This document shows, piece by piece, positions 1 to 9,376 of a stretch of DNA of 64,000 nt. The stretch's first letter is position 1, and each line of letters opens with the position of its first letter. Source of the DNA: Bryobacteraceae bacterium (GTDB lineage: Bacteria; Acidobacteriota; Terriglobia; Bryobacterales; Bryobacteraceae); contig JAICLJ010000004.1 in the NCBI GenBank assembly GCA_025927575.1, positions 1,785 through 65,784 of the forward strand, written 5' to 3'. The translations under genes were made by a program, and so were the position numbers. The notes beneath the pieces are model-generated. The model was not told the DNA's origin and did not search any database. It was given only the letters and a program-made list of their open reading frames with translations.

Positions 1-1224
1 GGGATGGACGGGCTGGAATTCATCAAAGAGATCCACGCCAGGAATGTGCAAACGGCGGTAATCGTGATGACGGCCCACGGCTCGGTAGAGGCGGCCGTGG
101 AAGCCATGAAGCAAGGCGCTGCCGACTTCCTGCAAAAGCCATTTTCTCTGGAGCACCTGACAGCGCTGATCCAGAAAGTTCTCAACGTTCAATCGCTGCG
201 GGCCGAGAATGCGCGCCTGCGCGAGGAGCTAGATCAGCGCTACCAGTTCGATAACATTATTGGCCGCAGTCCCGCCATGCGCGAGATATTCCAGACTATT
301 TCGCGGGTGGCGCCCACGCGTGCGACCGTCCTGCTCGCGGGCGAGAGCGGCGTTGGGAAGGACATGATCGCGCGCGCCATCCACCAGCACTCCCCCCGCA
401 AAGATCATCCGTTCGTCAAGATCAACTGCACGGCGCTTCCCGAGAATCTGATGGAGAGTGAATTGTTCGGCTACGAGAAAGGCGCTTTTACCGGCGCAAA
501 TGGCAGCAAGCCGGGCAAGTTCGAGCAAGCTGACAAAGGAACGGTGTTTCTCGACGAGATCGGCGATGTGCCGGGCAATATTCAGGTGAAGCTGCTTCGT
601 ATTCTGCAAGAGCGGCAGTTCGAGCGGCTCGGCAGCAATTTCACGCGCAGCGTGGACGTGCGTGTCATTGCAGCGACTAACGTCGACCTCCGCGCCGCCC
701 TCGAAGAAGGCCGTTTCCGCGAAGATCTCTACTACCGTTTGAATGTGGTGCCGATCAGCATCCCGCCGTTACGGCAGCGTACGGAAGACATCCCCTTTCT
801 CGCTCTGCACTTTGTGCGGAAGCTCAGCAAAGATCTGGGTTCTAACATCGCTGACATTACTCCGCAGGCGATCGACAGGCTGCTCGAATACGATTGGCCC
901 GGCAATGTCCGGGAGCTGGAAAACACAATAGAACGCAGCATCGTGCTTGCGTCCGGCAGTGTGCTGGAGGCGTCCGATATCCGGATCGACAACTCACGCC
1001 AGCGCGTCGTCGTGCCCTCCCAGGCGCCCATTCTTCCGGAAGGGACCACGCTTGAACAATGGGAGCAGGCTATGATTCGTGAAGCCTTACGCCGAACGAA
1101 CGGCAACAAGAGCCAAGCCGCGCGATTGCTCGGTTTGACGCGGAACGCGCTGCGCTACCGGCTTTCGCAGATGGGTCTAGATAACGGGAAAGAAGCGGAG
1201 GAGAGCGGGGCGCCGGAGGGGTGA
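1..1224 (+). CDS. Sigma54-dependent response regulator, NtrC/AtoC family (5' end outside window)
   Basis: Receiver tail (GMDGLE..VIVMTAHG..KP), Walker A GESGVGKD, GAFTGA loop, DEIG Walker B, C-terminal Fis HTH (GNKSQAARLLGLTRNALRYRL). Confidence 0.95.
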   Translation, partial: GMDGLEFIKEIHARNVQTAVIVMTAHGSVEAAVEAMKQGAADFLQKPFSLEHLTALIQKVLNVQSLRAENARLREELDQRYQFDNIIGRSPAMREIFQTISRVAPTRATVLLAGESGVGKDMIARAIHQHSPRKDHPFVKINCTALPENLMESELFGYEKGAFTGANGSKPGKFEQADKGTVFLDEIGDVPGNIQVKLLRILQERQFERLGSNFTRSVDVRVIAATNVDLRAALEEGRFREDLYYRLNVVPISIPPLRQRTEDIPFLALHFVRKLSKDLGSNIADITPQAIDRLLEYDWPGNVRELENTIERSIVLASGSVLEASDIRIDNSRQRVVVPSQAPILPEGTTLEQWEQAMIREALRRTNGNKSQAARLLGLTRNALRYRLSQMGLDNGKEAEESGAPEG

Positions 1225-1295
1225 GTGCAGGAGCCGGCGGGATCGACATCACGACACCGTCCGGCTATCCTAATGTTCAGGAGAGAAGCGCCGTT

Positions 1296-1574
1296 ATGGA
1301 AATTCGCGAAGTTCGCTCCGTGGCGGAATTTCAAAAGGAGGAGTACGTCTCCTCTCTGAGGCAGAACCGAACCCCGCTATTACTCACTGTCGACGGCCAT
1401 GCTGAAATCGTCGTGCAGGATGCAGAAAGCTATCAGAGGCTCGTCGAACGTCTGGAACGTGCCGAGGGTGTAATCGCCATTCGTGAAGGCTTGCTTGAAG
1501 CCGACGCCGGTCGCGTCCATCCCGCGCGAAAAGCATTAGCGGAACTCGGGACGAAGCTTGGCCTTTCGCGTTGA
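1296..1574 (+). CDS. Phd/YefM-family antitoxin
   Basis: PLLLTVDGHAEIVVQDAESYQRL motif, acidic C-terminus, ATG at 1296 after CAGGAG; overlaps the downstream toxin. Confidence 0.8.
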   Translation: MEIREVRSVAEFQKEEYVSSLRQNRTPLLLTVDGHAEIVVQDAESYQRLVERLERAEGVIAIREGLLEADAGRVHPARKALAELGTKLGLSR

Positions 1575-1881
1575 CATTACGGAAACGGCGATCGGCGATG
1601 CCGAAGAGTACGTCCGGTTTATCAACGAGCAAGGAAGCGACCCCGGAGCCGCTGGGCGATGGTGGCGTGGTTTGTTGGATGCCATTGACTCACTGGAGGA
1701 GATGCCGGAACGTTGCCCTCCTATTCCTGAAATCGATGAATTTGAGGAAAAGCTGCGACACCTGCTCTACTGCTCACACCGTATCGTTTTTCGGATAAAC
1801 GAGGCAGCCAAAACCGTTGTGGTGCTTCGAATTTATCGTGCAGCGCGCAAGACACTCTCCAGCGAAGACTTCATGGACTGA
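1558..1881 (+). CDS. RelE/ParE-family toxin
   Basis: 107 aa, FRVDITETAIGD..SLEEMPERCP..HRIVFRI..VVVLRIY pattern; coupled to antitoxin. Confidence 0.85.
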   Translation: MAFRVDITETAIGDAEEYVRFINEQGSDPGAAGRWWRGLLDAIDSLEEMPERCPPIPEIDEFEEKLRHLLYCSHRIVFRINEAAKTVVVLRIYRAARKTLSSEDFMD

Positions 1882-1889
1882 GAGCGGAT

Positions 1890-3233
1890 CTACAGCTTGA
1901 AAATCTTCGGCGATTCCATGCCCTTCAGCGCATTCCGGGCGTCGAAGACAAGCCGGCTGTGCTCTACCAGAGCCGCATAATCGATACCCGAATGATCCGT
2001 TACGATGACAACGCAGTCCGCTTGATCCGCCGCGGGTAGCAGTTCCTCGGCCAGCAGTTCAAGACCGTCGGTCGCGATTTTCGGCACAAAAGCGTCGGAA
2101 TACGAAACAATGGCTCCGCGCCGCAGAAGCAGGTGGATAATATCGAGCGCGGGCGATTCACGTACGTCGCTAATATCGCGCTTATAGGCCACGCCAAGAA
2201 TGTGAACCCGGGAACCCCGAAGAGGCTTTGCTACATCGTTCAGCGCGTCCTGTATACGCTCGACCACGTACTGGGGCATCTGCCCGTTGATGTAACCCGC
2301 CAATTCAATGAACCGTGCCTCAATGCCCGCTTCGCGGCTCTTCCAGGAAAGGTAAAACGGATCGATGGGAATACAATGGCCGCCTAGTCCCGGTCCCGGA
2401 TAGAACGGCATGAACCCGAAAGGCTTCGTCGCCGCCGCGTCGATCACCTCCCATACATCGATTCCCATCCGGCTGCACATCAATGCCATTTCGTTGGCCA
2501 GGCCGATGTTGATCATCCGGAACGTGTTCTCCAGCAGTTTCACCATCTCGGCAACGCGCGTCGAACTCACCGGCACCACTTTTTCGAGCGCCTGTCCGTA
2601 GAACAGAGCGCCCAGTTCAGTACACGCCGGCGTTATCCCGCCAACCACCTTCGGAATGTTCCCCGTATGAAATTGGGGGTTGCCCGGATCTACTCGTTCC
2701 GGCGAGAAGCACAAAAAAAAATCGCGGCCTACCTGTAGACCCGACTCCTGCAACTTCGGCAGGACAAGCTCATCTGTCGTGCCAGGATATGTGGTGGATT
2801 CGAGCATCACCAAAAAACCGGGGTGCATGTGCTGCGCGATTTGCTCCGTAGCGGACACAACATAGCTCATATCCGGATCTTTCGTTTTGCGGAGCGGAGT
2901 AGGCACGCAAATATCGATTGTGTCCAGCCCTTCGATGACCGAAAAATCTGTCGTCGCGCGCAGCTTGCCGGCGTTAACGAGCGGCCCGAATACCTCGTCC
3001 TTGACGTCTTTGACGTAGGATCGTCCGGCATTGAAGCGATCGACCTTATCGGTCTGGACATCTATGCCTGTTACATCGAAACCGGCTGTGGCGAACTCCA
3101 CCGCGAGAGGAAGGCCGACGTACCCTAGCCCCAGCACGCCAACTTTCGCGGTTCGTTTCGCAATCCGTTCTTTCAACTGCTCCGCGGCGGCAAGAGCCTC
3201 GCGTCTTCCATTGCTTAAAATTTCAGTCGCCAA
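1890..3233 (-). CDS. Nucleotide-sugar dehydrogenase (UDP-GlcNAc/GalNAc C6 dehydrogenase, WbpA/TviB type)
   Basis: GLGYVGLP Rossmann motif, CVPTP, ESTTYPGTT, SPERVDPG, catalytic GGHCIPIDP. Confidence 0.93.
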   Translation of the reverse strand: MATEILSNGRREALAAAEQLKERIAKRTAKVGVLGLGYVGLPLAVEFATAGFDVTGIDVQTDKVDRFNAGRSYVKDVKDEVFGPLVNAGKLRATTDFSVIEGLDTIDICVPTPLRKTKDPDMSYVVSATEQIAQHMHPGFLVMLESTTYPGTTDELVLPKLQESGLQVGRDFFLCFSPERVDPGNPQFHTGNIPKVVGGITPACTELGALFYGQALEKVVPVSSTRVAEMVKLLENTFRMINIGLANEMALMCSRMGIDVWEVIDAAATKPFGFMPFYPGPGLGGHCIPIDPFYLSWKSREAGIEARFIELAGYINGQMPQYVVERIQDALNDVAKPLRGSRVHILGVAYKRDISDVRESPALDIIHLLLRRGAIVSYSDAFVPKIATDGLELLAEELLPAADQADCVVIVTDHSGIDYAALVEHSRLVFDARNALKGMESPKIFKL

Positions 3234-4026
3234 GCAGGAACTCTCCCTCGCCGATGAATTCGGCAGGCCCGGTAAGAAACACGCTCTCTTCCCAACGTAA
3301 CGTCAGCGGACCGGCAGGCGTGTGTACGATCACGGGACTTGCTGCTACCCCCCTGAGAATAGCAGCGACGGCCGCCCCTGTGGAACCCGTTCCGGAGCTA
3401 CGAGTTTCTCCCGCCCCGCGCTCGTAAAACACAGCTTCGATGTTGTGGCGGTCCATAATTCGCACAAACGAAACGTTGGTTCGCTCCGGGAAGCGGAGAT
3501 CGGCTTCCGCCAGAGCGGCGCTGACGCGCCAGTCGGATGGAAGGGAGTCTACAAAGATCGCGCACTGTGGATTGCCGACGTTCACAATCGTCGCATCGAA
3601 TACTCCTGAAGCGAGCCGCAATTCTGTATGTACTTCCTCGTTCCGGTAATTGGGCGTTCCCATATCCATCTCTAAACGAAACCGGTTCTCCTCGCGAGCC
3701 TGCAGCGTCAGCATCTTCACGCCCGCCGCTGTTTCAATAGCGATGCTTTCGCCCTCCACCGCGCCTGTCCAAAGCGCGAATGCGGCGGCGCAACGGGTGC
3801 CGTTTCCGGAAATCTCAGGTTCGCTGCCATCCGAGTTGAATAGCCGTGTGTGCAGACCGTCCGGCTGTTTCCGCACGAGCATCCAGCCATCGGCGCCAAT
3901 CCCGGTGTATCGGGCGCAAATCTTTCGAGCGATCGCAGGCAATCCCTCGTTTGGCGCCTGTTCGGCCCAGGTCAACAGAAAGTCATTCTCGGCGCCATGC
4001 AGCTTATGAAATGGAATTTTGATCAA
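3223..4026 (-). CDS. dapF: Diaminopimelate epimerase
   Basis: FHKLHGAENDF, GIGADG, NSDGSEPEISGNGTRC, NVGNPQC, ERGAGETRSSGTG; both canonical catalytic Cys positions read Ser. Confidence 0.88.
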   Translation of the reverse strand: MIKIPFHKLHGAENDFLLTWAEQAPNEGLPAIARKICARYTGIGADGWMLVRKQPDGLHTRLFNSDGSEPEISGNGTRCAAAFALWTGAVEGESIAIETAAGVKMLTLQAREENRFRLEMDMGTPNYRNEEVHTELRLASGVFDATIVNVGNPQCAIFVDSLPSDWRVSAALAEADLRFPERTNVSFVRIMDRHNIEAVFYERGAGETRSSGTGSTGAAVAAILRGVAASPVIVHTPAGPLTLRWEESVFLTGPAEFIGEGEFLLGD

Positions 4027-5624
4027 TCGACTCTCCTGTAGATCCGAACGACAGGATCATCTTTAGTGTGAATTTCGAGCACCGTCCGGTAAACGGTCTT
4101 CCTCCAGTTTGCCTTGTCGATTGCCCGGGAAATACGATCGTTTTTCCCCATTACTGCCACCGCCCATTTGCAGGGGTGGAACAGATCCATCCGCGTTGTG
4201 GCTAGTAGCCATGCAGGACCGTTGCCTTCATGCAGCGTTTCCGAGAGTGGGATGCGTGCCCAGCCGAAGATACCGGTCGCATCGCCGAACGACATCAAAA
4301 TGCCATCTCCATTGCGATAATGGGTTTTGAAAAACTGCGCCGCGTCCGCGGTCCATTCACGCCGCGAATTCGAATTCACCTCCGATTCTTTCCAGCAGAT
4401 CCAATGCCCGTGCGACGGATGAATTAACCAGGGCAAGATGCCGATAACCGGCAGAATCATGGCCCACTTGCGCCATCGGTTGGGCATAGCAAGGACAATT
4501 GCCCCCACCGCAAAGGCCGCCAGCGGCAGCATCGCAATTCCATACCGCGTGTTGTAGTAGCTGAACGGCTTTAGGGTTGGAACGTGGATGGGCGTGCCCG
4601 AAGATTCGATGCTCCAGATGTAAAAACAAGGCGTCAGCAGTAGAAGCAGTAGTGGCCAGAACCGGCGGGTCCACATGGCGCAAACGACGCCTACCGCCCC
4701 GCAGACCAGCAGCGGCAAGCCAGCGCACAAGCGACCGGCAGTCGTATAGTAAAGGGCTGCCAGGCGCCAGTCGTGAAACCCCGGATATAGGGCGTTGCCA
4801 TTGATGGCTTTCGCGGAATAGGGGCCACGGTAAAAGCCGAGTGGATCGCCGGTCTCCCATCGATTGTGCGTGAGCCAGTACAAAGGAGCCAGGCTCGCCA
4901 ACGTTCCGAACAGAACCGCCGACTGAAAGCGGCCTCGGCGCGCGCATACGAAAAAGCCCACAGTGAAGAACGGAATGAGAAACCAGCCGTCGTAGCGCGT
5001 CAGGCTCGCGGCCATCGATGCCAAGGCGCCCAGGATAATTTGCGACTGGCTCTGAGTCCGGCGAAAGCGCAGAAGGGAGAACAGCATCACGCTGAAGGCC
5101 GCGAGAAAGACAACTTCCGTCATCGGAATGGACCCGAGATAGAGAAGGTTCGGATTCAAAGCGAGGCATGCGACGACAATCCCGGCCGGCAAATACCCGT
5201 CATACGCTTCGCGCGCCGCGAGATAGAAAAAGGTAACGGATAGCACAAAGCACATCGCGACGGGAATGGTGCCGGCGAGGCCAGTGCTCCACAACATGTC
5301 ATTTGTCGCAAACGGTAGGCAGATGACGTGCAGAATCGGCAGCCAGACGCTGCCAATCTGCTCGTACCCTGGCGTTCTGGAATCGATGATGCTGCGAGCG
5401 ATATTTAGATGAGCCTGCGCATCGCCGTAATACAGAAGGAATCCCTGCCGCAGAAACCAAGCTGCCGCAATGGCAATCAGGATGGCCGCCAGACCAGCAA
5501 CAGCGGCTACTTCCCGCCAGGAATAGCGGATCTCAGAAGGACGTGAAGCGCCGGAATTCTTCGAACCGTTGATCAATCTCTTGACGCGTAAGCTGACGGA
5601 ACCTGTCGACACTGAATTGCTCAC
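4023..5624 (-). CDS. Multi-pass membrane GT-C glycosyltransferase (ArnT/PMT, GT39-like); true start probably near 5576 or later
   Basis: About 11 hydrophobic segments, YYGDAQAH early loop, PMTE and TRYDGW motifs. Confidence 0.7.
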   Translation of the reverse strand: MSNSVSTGSVSLRVKRLINGSKNSGASRPSEIRYSWREVAAVAGLAAILIAIAAAWFLRQGFLLYYGDAQAHLNIARSIIDSRTPGYEQIGSVWLPILHVICLPFATNDMLWSTGLAGTIPVAMCFVLSVTFFYLAAREAYDGYLPAGIVVACLALNPNLLYLGSIPMTEVVFLAAFSVMLFSLLRFRRTQSQSQIILGALASMAASLTRYDGWFLIPFFTVGFFVCARRGRFQSAVLFGTLASLAPLYWLTHNRWETGDPLGFYRGPYSAKAINGNALYPGFHDWRLAALYYTTAGRLCAGLPLLVCGAVGVVCAMWTRRFWPLLLLLLTPCFYIWSIESSGTPIHVPTLKPFSYYNTRYGIAMLPLAAFAVGAIVLAMPNRWRKWAMILPVIGILPWLIHPSHGHWICWKESEVNSNSRREWTADAAQFFKTHYRNGDGILMSFGDATGIFGWARIPLSETLHEGNGPAWLLATTRMDLFHPCKWAVAVMGKNDRISRAIDKANWRKTVYRTVLEIHTKDDPVVRIYRRVD

Positions 5625-6450
5625 AGCAGAAGCTACCCATTACAGAGCCATAAATCACGGCGCGATACAAGTCTTGGGCGTCGATATGCCCGTTACGCAA
5701 ATCGAAACCGCATTCCGCCAGGTATCCGACAAATCCACCGGCGAAACAATCGCCCGCGCCCGTGGGGTCAAATACTTCCTCCAGCAGGTACCCCGGCGCA
5801 ATGAACAGCGTATCGCGTCGGAACAGCATGGCCCCGTACTCGCCGCGTTTAATGACGAGTGTGTTCGGGCCCATGTCCAAAATCTTCTGCGCTGCCTTCC
5901 GGAGGTTATTTTCTCCGGCAAGCATTCTGGCTTCACTATCGTTGATCAGCAGGAAGTCCCAATTCCGTATGGCCTCCAGCAGTTGCTCCCGGTAGCTTTG
6001 AATCCAGAAATTCATCGTATCGCCGCCGGCGAATCGCAGATGCTTCATCTGTCGATAAACATCTTTCTGTAACTCGGGTTGTATGTTGCCAAGCAGCAGA
6101 TAAGGACGTTCGTCGTATCCGTCCGGAAGCTTCGGCTTGAAGTCAGCAAAGACGTTCAAGTCGGTTTGCAGCGTCTCCCGGTCATTCATGTCGGGGGAGT
6201 AGACGCCCGACCAAAAGAACGTTTTGCCAGGAACTTGTTCCAAGCCGCGCAGATCAATTTTGCGTTTCGCCAGCAAATCGCGGTCCTCTTGAGCGAAATC
6301 GTCGCCAACCACGGCCACAATGCTGACATCAGTGAAATAGCTGGCGCTGAGCGAGATATATGTACACGCTCCGCCAAGCGTATGCTCGCGTTTGCCATGC
6401 GGTGTTTCAATCGCATCGTAGGCAACGGACCCAACCACAACAAGGGACAT
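5533..6450 (-). CDS. PfkB/ribokinase-family carbohydrate or nucleoside kinase
   Basis: VVGSVAYD N-terminus, VIKRGEYGA, DPTGAGDCFAGG PfkB signature. Confidence 0.92.
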   Translation of the reverse strand: MSLVVVGSVAYDAIETPHGKREHTLGGACTYISLSASYFTDVSIVAVVGDDFAQEDRDLLAKRKIDLRGLEQVPGKTFFWSGVYSPDMNDRETLQTDLNVFADFKPKLPDGYDERPYLLLGNIQPELQKDVYRQMKHLRFAGGDTMNFWIQSYREQLLEAIRNWDFLLINDSEARMLAGENNLRKAAQKILDMGPNTLVIKRGEYGAMLFRRDTLFIAPGYLLEEVFDPTGAGDCFAGGFVGYLAECGFDLRNGHIDAQDLYRAVIYGSVMGSFCCEQFSVDRFRQLTRQEIDQRFEEFRRFTSF

Positions 6451-6507
6451 CGTTTGATTGTAGCGAAGCGATGCTTGTTGCCCTGCGCTTGATCGCGCAG
6501 CGGCAAG

Positions 6508-7074
6508 TTAGGGGGACGGGGAACTGCGAGCCAAATCGTCGTATGTTTTGCTTCGCAGGGCATGCAACTTCCCGACTTCCTCGATGTCGCGTCGAGTTAG
6601 GCGGCTTCCGTTCATCACTTGACTGGAATCGACGAGATAGTACATAACGCTTCGCCTGTCTCGTGTATGACAGAGCCCGAGCAAATGGCCGATTTCATGA
6701 ATCAGGATTGCAACGAGCGGCCCCGCCTGGACTCGGTGGGCGGTGTTGTAGTTGATCGTGCCGTCGAAGCCGTCAGAATGCGGCATGATCGTCCAAGCGA
6801 GCCGCCCGCTGTCGTCATTAGCATAGATGGGCTCCAGGTTGCAGCTCCGAATGTCATTGTCCACGATCACGCTCATGTCGAGGATGGTCGCCAGATACTT
6901 CAGCGCCTCTTTCATCGCCCATGCGTCGCCGGCGCTGACTTGGTCGAGCTTAACTCGGACGTTCAAATGATCGGTTGTCAGTAGGCCGTTGTACGCCCGG
7001 CACGCCTCGCGATGGGTGTGGGCGAACGCGGGTATGCAGGCACATAGCCCCACGACCAAGAGAAAGAGCCCCAT
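6508..7074 (-). CDS. Small secreted matrixin-like (M10) metzincin metalloprotease
   Basis: Signal peptide, HEIGHLLGLCH zinc motif followed by SVMY Met-turn. Confidence 0.8.
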   Translation of the reverse strand: MGLFLLVVGLCACIPAFAHTHREACRAYNGLLTTDHLNVRVKLDQVSAGDAWAMKEALKYLATILDMSVIVDNDIRSCNLEPIYANDDSGRLAWTIMPHSDGFDGTINYNTAHRVQAGPLVAILIHEIGHLLGLCHTRDRRSVMYYLVDSSQVMNGSRLTRRDIEEVGKLHALRSKTYDDLARSSPSP

Positions 7075-7514
7075 GTCCCGGCATACAAGGCACGCAGCTT
7101 ACCCTTCGAATAAGTAGCTGCAGATTAGGTCATGGCCGTGTCTCGTGATTTTCGTAAATGCATGCAAACCAACCGGATCCTATGCGGCATGGCCTTGTTT
7201 GATGCGACAGTCGGCGTTATTTCTATACCGGGAATCAGCAGCCGAGGCGTCCATGTTTTTGGGAATTTGGCCCAAACGCTTTTTAAAGTTGTTCGCAAGC
7301 ATAAGAATTCTCCCAGTCGCCTTGACGTGCAAACGAGCGTTTCGAGAACTTAGTCAGTAGCAGGCAGGTCCATCCGAAACTCAGGAGGCCGATTGCGAAC
7401 GCGAACGCCACGAAAGAACGGGTTCGCCGGAAAAATGTGGTGTAGGGAAGGGGCCGCGACCGTGGCGTCGCTTGATTGCATCCGACGGAATCATGCCTTC
7501 CGATACTATGAAGT

Positions 7515-8648
7515 GTGGACCTTAATGGGCTGCTGGGCCTGAACGATCCAATCGGGTTTTTTATTTGTCTGATTGGCTTCGCGCTCCAGATCTGGATTGC
7601 GCGTAAGAACAAGGCAACACTGCTGATCAGCGCGATTGTCGCTGTCGCCGGCTTCTTCACGTTTCTAACGATGGAAGAAAACGCGGCTCCGCCCTACCGC
7701 CGTACTTATCCAACTATCGTTCGAGTCTGGCTGCCGGGGCTGACGATGGCCTGGTGCATCTGCATCATGTTCATATGGGCTGCGATTACCGTTCGCAACC
7801 GCGTTCCGGCTTTCAATCCCAAACGCCGGGCGCTGTTTCGCGCAACAACCGCCGCCATCTGTGCCGTGCCTGTCGCCGTAACGGCCTTCGGCATTATCAC
7901 GCGGAAGAATTTCATCGTTAATGAGATAGATCTGAAATTTCCCTCTCTGCCCCGCGACTTGAATGGTCTTCGCCTGGTGCAACTCAGCGATATTCACTTG
8001 AGTCCGTTTTATCTCGAAAAGGACCTAGTGCATGTCATCGATGCAGCGAACGAGCTGCGCCCGGATCTCGCTATCGTCACGGGCGACATGATTACCAGCG
8101 CGAACGATCCGCTCGACGTATGCCTTCGCCAGCTAAGCAGGCTCAAGAATGTATCCGGCATCTGGGGCTGCATGGGCAACCATGAGCGATACTCGCACGT
8201 GCAGGACCATGCCGCTGCGCGTGGGGCGGCGCTTGGCATCAAATTTCTCCGGTTTGAGGCGGCGCGCCTGAAGTTTGGAAGCGCGGCAGTGAACCTGGTG
8301 GGGGTCGATTATCAACCATTGCATTCGGATTATCTGCTCGGAACCGAGGAACTCGTCAATGTCGGCGATTTTAACCTCCTGCTATCTCACAATCCCGACG
8401 TCTTTCCAGTAGCGGCATCGAAGGGCTTCGATCTCGTGATGGCCGGGCACACGCATGGAGGGCAGATCGATGTTGAGATCCTTGATCACAACCTGAATGC
8501 GGCCACGTTCCTTACTCCTTATACGAAAGGTTTGTACACGCAGACCGCCTCATCCGTGTACGTAAACTCTGGCATTGGAACCATCGGTATTCCTATTCGC
8601 CTTGGTTCCCCGCCGGAGATCACACTCTTACGCCTGTGCGCTTCCTGA
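7515..8648 (+). CDS. Membrane-anchored calcineurin-like metallophosphoesterase (YkuE/YaeI type)
   Basis: N-terminal TM helices; DIH, GD, GNHE, HNPD, GHTHGGQ motifs. Confidence 0.9.
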   Translation: MDLNGLLGLNDPIGFFICLIGFALQIWIARKNKATLLISAIVAVAGFFTFLTMEENAAPPYRRTYPTIVRVWLPGLTMAWCICIMFIWAAITVRNRVPAFNPKRRALFRATTAAICAVPVAVTAFGIITRKNFIVNEIDLKFPSLPRDLNGLRLVQLSDIHLSPFYLEKDLVHVIDAANELRPDLAIVTGDMITSANDPLDVCLRQLSRLKNVSGIWGCMGNHERYSHVQDHAAARGAALGIKFLRFEAARLKFGSAAVNLVGVDYQPLHSDYLLGTEELVNVGDFNLLLSHNPDVFPVAASKGFDLVMAGHTHGGQIDVEILDHNLNAATFLTPYTKGLYTQTASSVYVNSGIGTIGIPIRLGSPPEITLLRLCAS

Positions 8649-9376
8649 TTCTTAGCGATCTCCACGCAAATTTCGAAGCCCTCACGGCCGTTCTCGCCGA
8701 CGCGGAGAACAAGTACGACACGGTAGTCTGCTGCGGCGATCTGGTGGGCTACAATCCCGATCCATCGGCGATTGTGGAGTGGTGCGCCGGGCATTGTGAC
8801 CATGTCGTTCGCGGCAATCACGATAAAGTGGTCGCGGGCATCGACGATCTCGAGTGGTTCAATCCCGTCGCGCAGATTTCCGCGCACTGGACAACCGATC
8901 AGCTATCACCGGAGCAATTGACTTACCTGCGTGACCTTCCGCGCGGCCCGGTTCTGCTAGAACATTTCGAATTTTTTCACGGCACGCCTTTTGATGAAGA
9001 CGAGTATGTGTTGTCTCAGAAAGTGGCAGAACAGAGCTTATCCGCATTGCAGATGCCGCTTTCATTCTTCGGGCACACGCACGTCCAGGGTGGATTCTTC
9101 CGTCAGCACCGGCGGCTCGGCGCGATTGAGGCCGTGCAGCCTGAAGAAAGAGAATACGCAATTCAACTCGAGCCAGACCTGCTCTATATGATCAATCCAG
9201 GGTCGGTAGGGCAGCCCCGCGATGGAGATCCACGGGCCGCTTACGCGCTCTATGATGTCGAGGCCCGACTAGTGACCTTGCACCGCGTCGAATATCCGAT
9301 TGCCACCACATACCGGAAACTGAAGTCAGCCGGCCTTCCCGACGCCCTCGGTCTCCGTTTGTTCAACGGTCAGTGA
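8636..9376 (+). CDS. Metallophosphoesterase (YfcE/MJ0912 type)
   Basis: SDLHAN, GDLVGY, RGNHD, GHTH, NPGSVGQPRDGDPRA. Confidence 0.92.
   Translation: MRFLILSDLHANFEALTAVLADAENKYDTVVCCGDLVGYNPDPSAIVEWCAGHCDHVVRGNHDKVVAGIDDLEWFNPVAQISAHWTTDQLSPEQLTYLRDLPRGPVLLEHFEFFHGTPFDEDEYVLSQKVAEQSLSALQMPLSFFGHTHVQGGFFRQHRRLGAIEAVQPEEREYAIQLEPDLLYMINPGSVGQPRDGDPRAAYALYDVEARLVTLHRVEYPIATTYRKLKSAGLPDALGLRLFNGQ

Noticed and set aside
7075-7500. Small ORFs or RNA element between matrixin and phosphoesterase
   Set aside because: No RBS, motif or structure I can support
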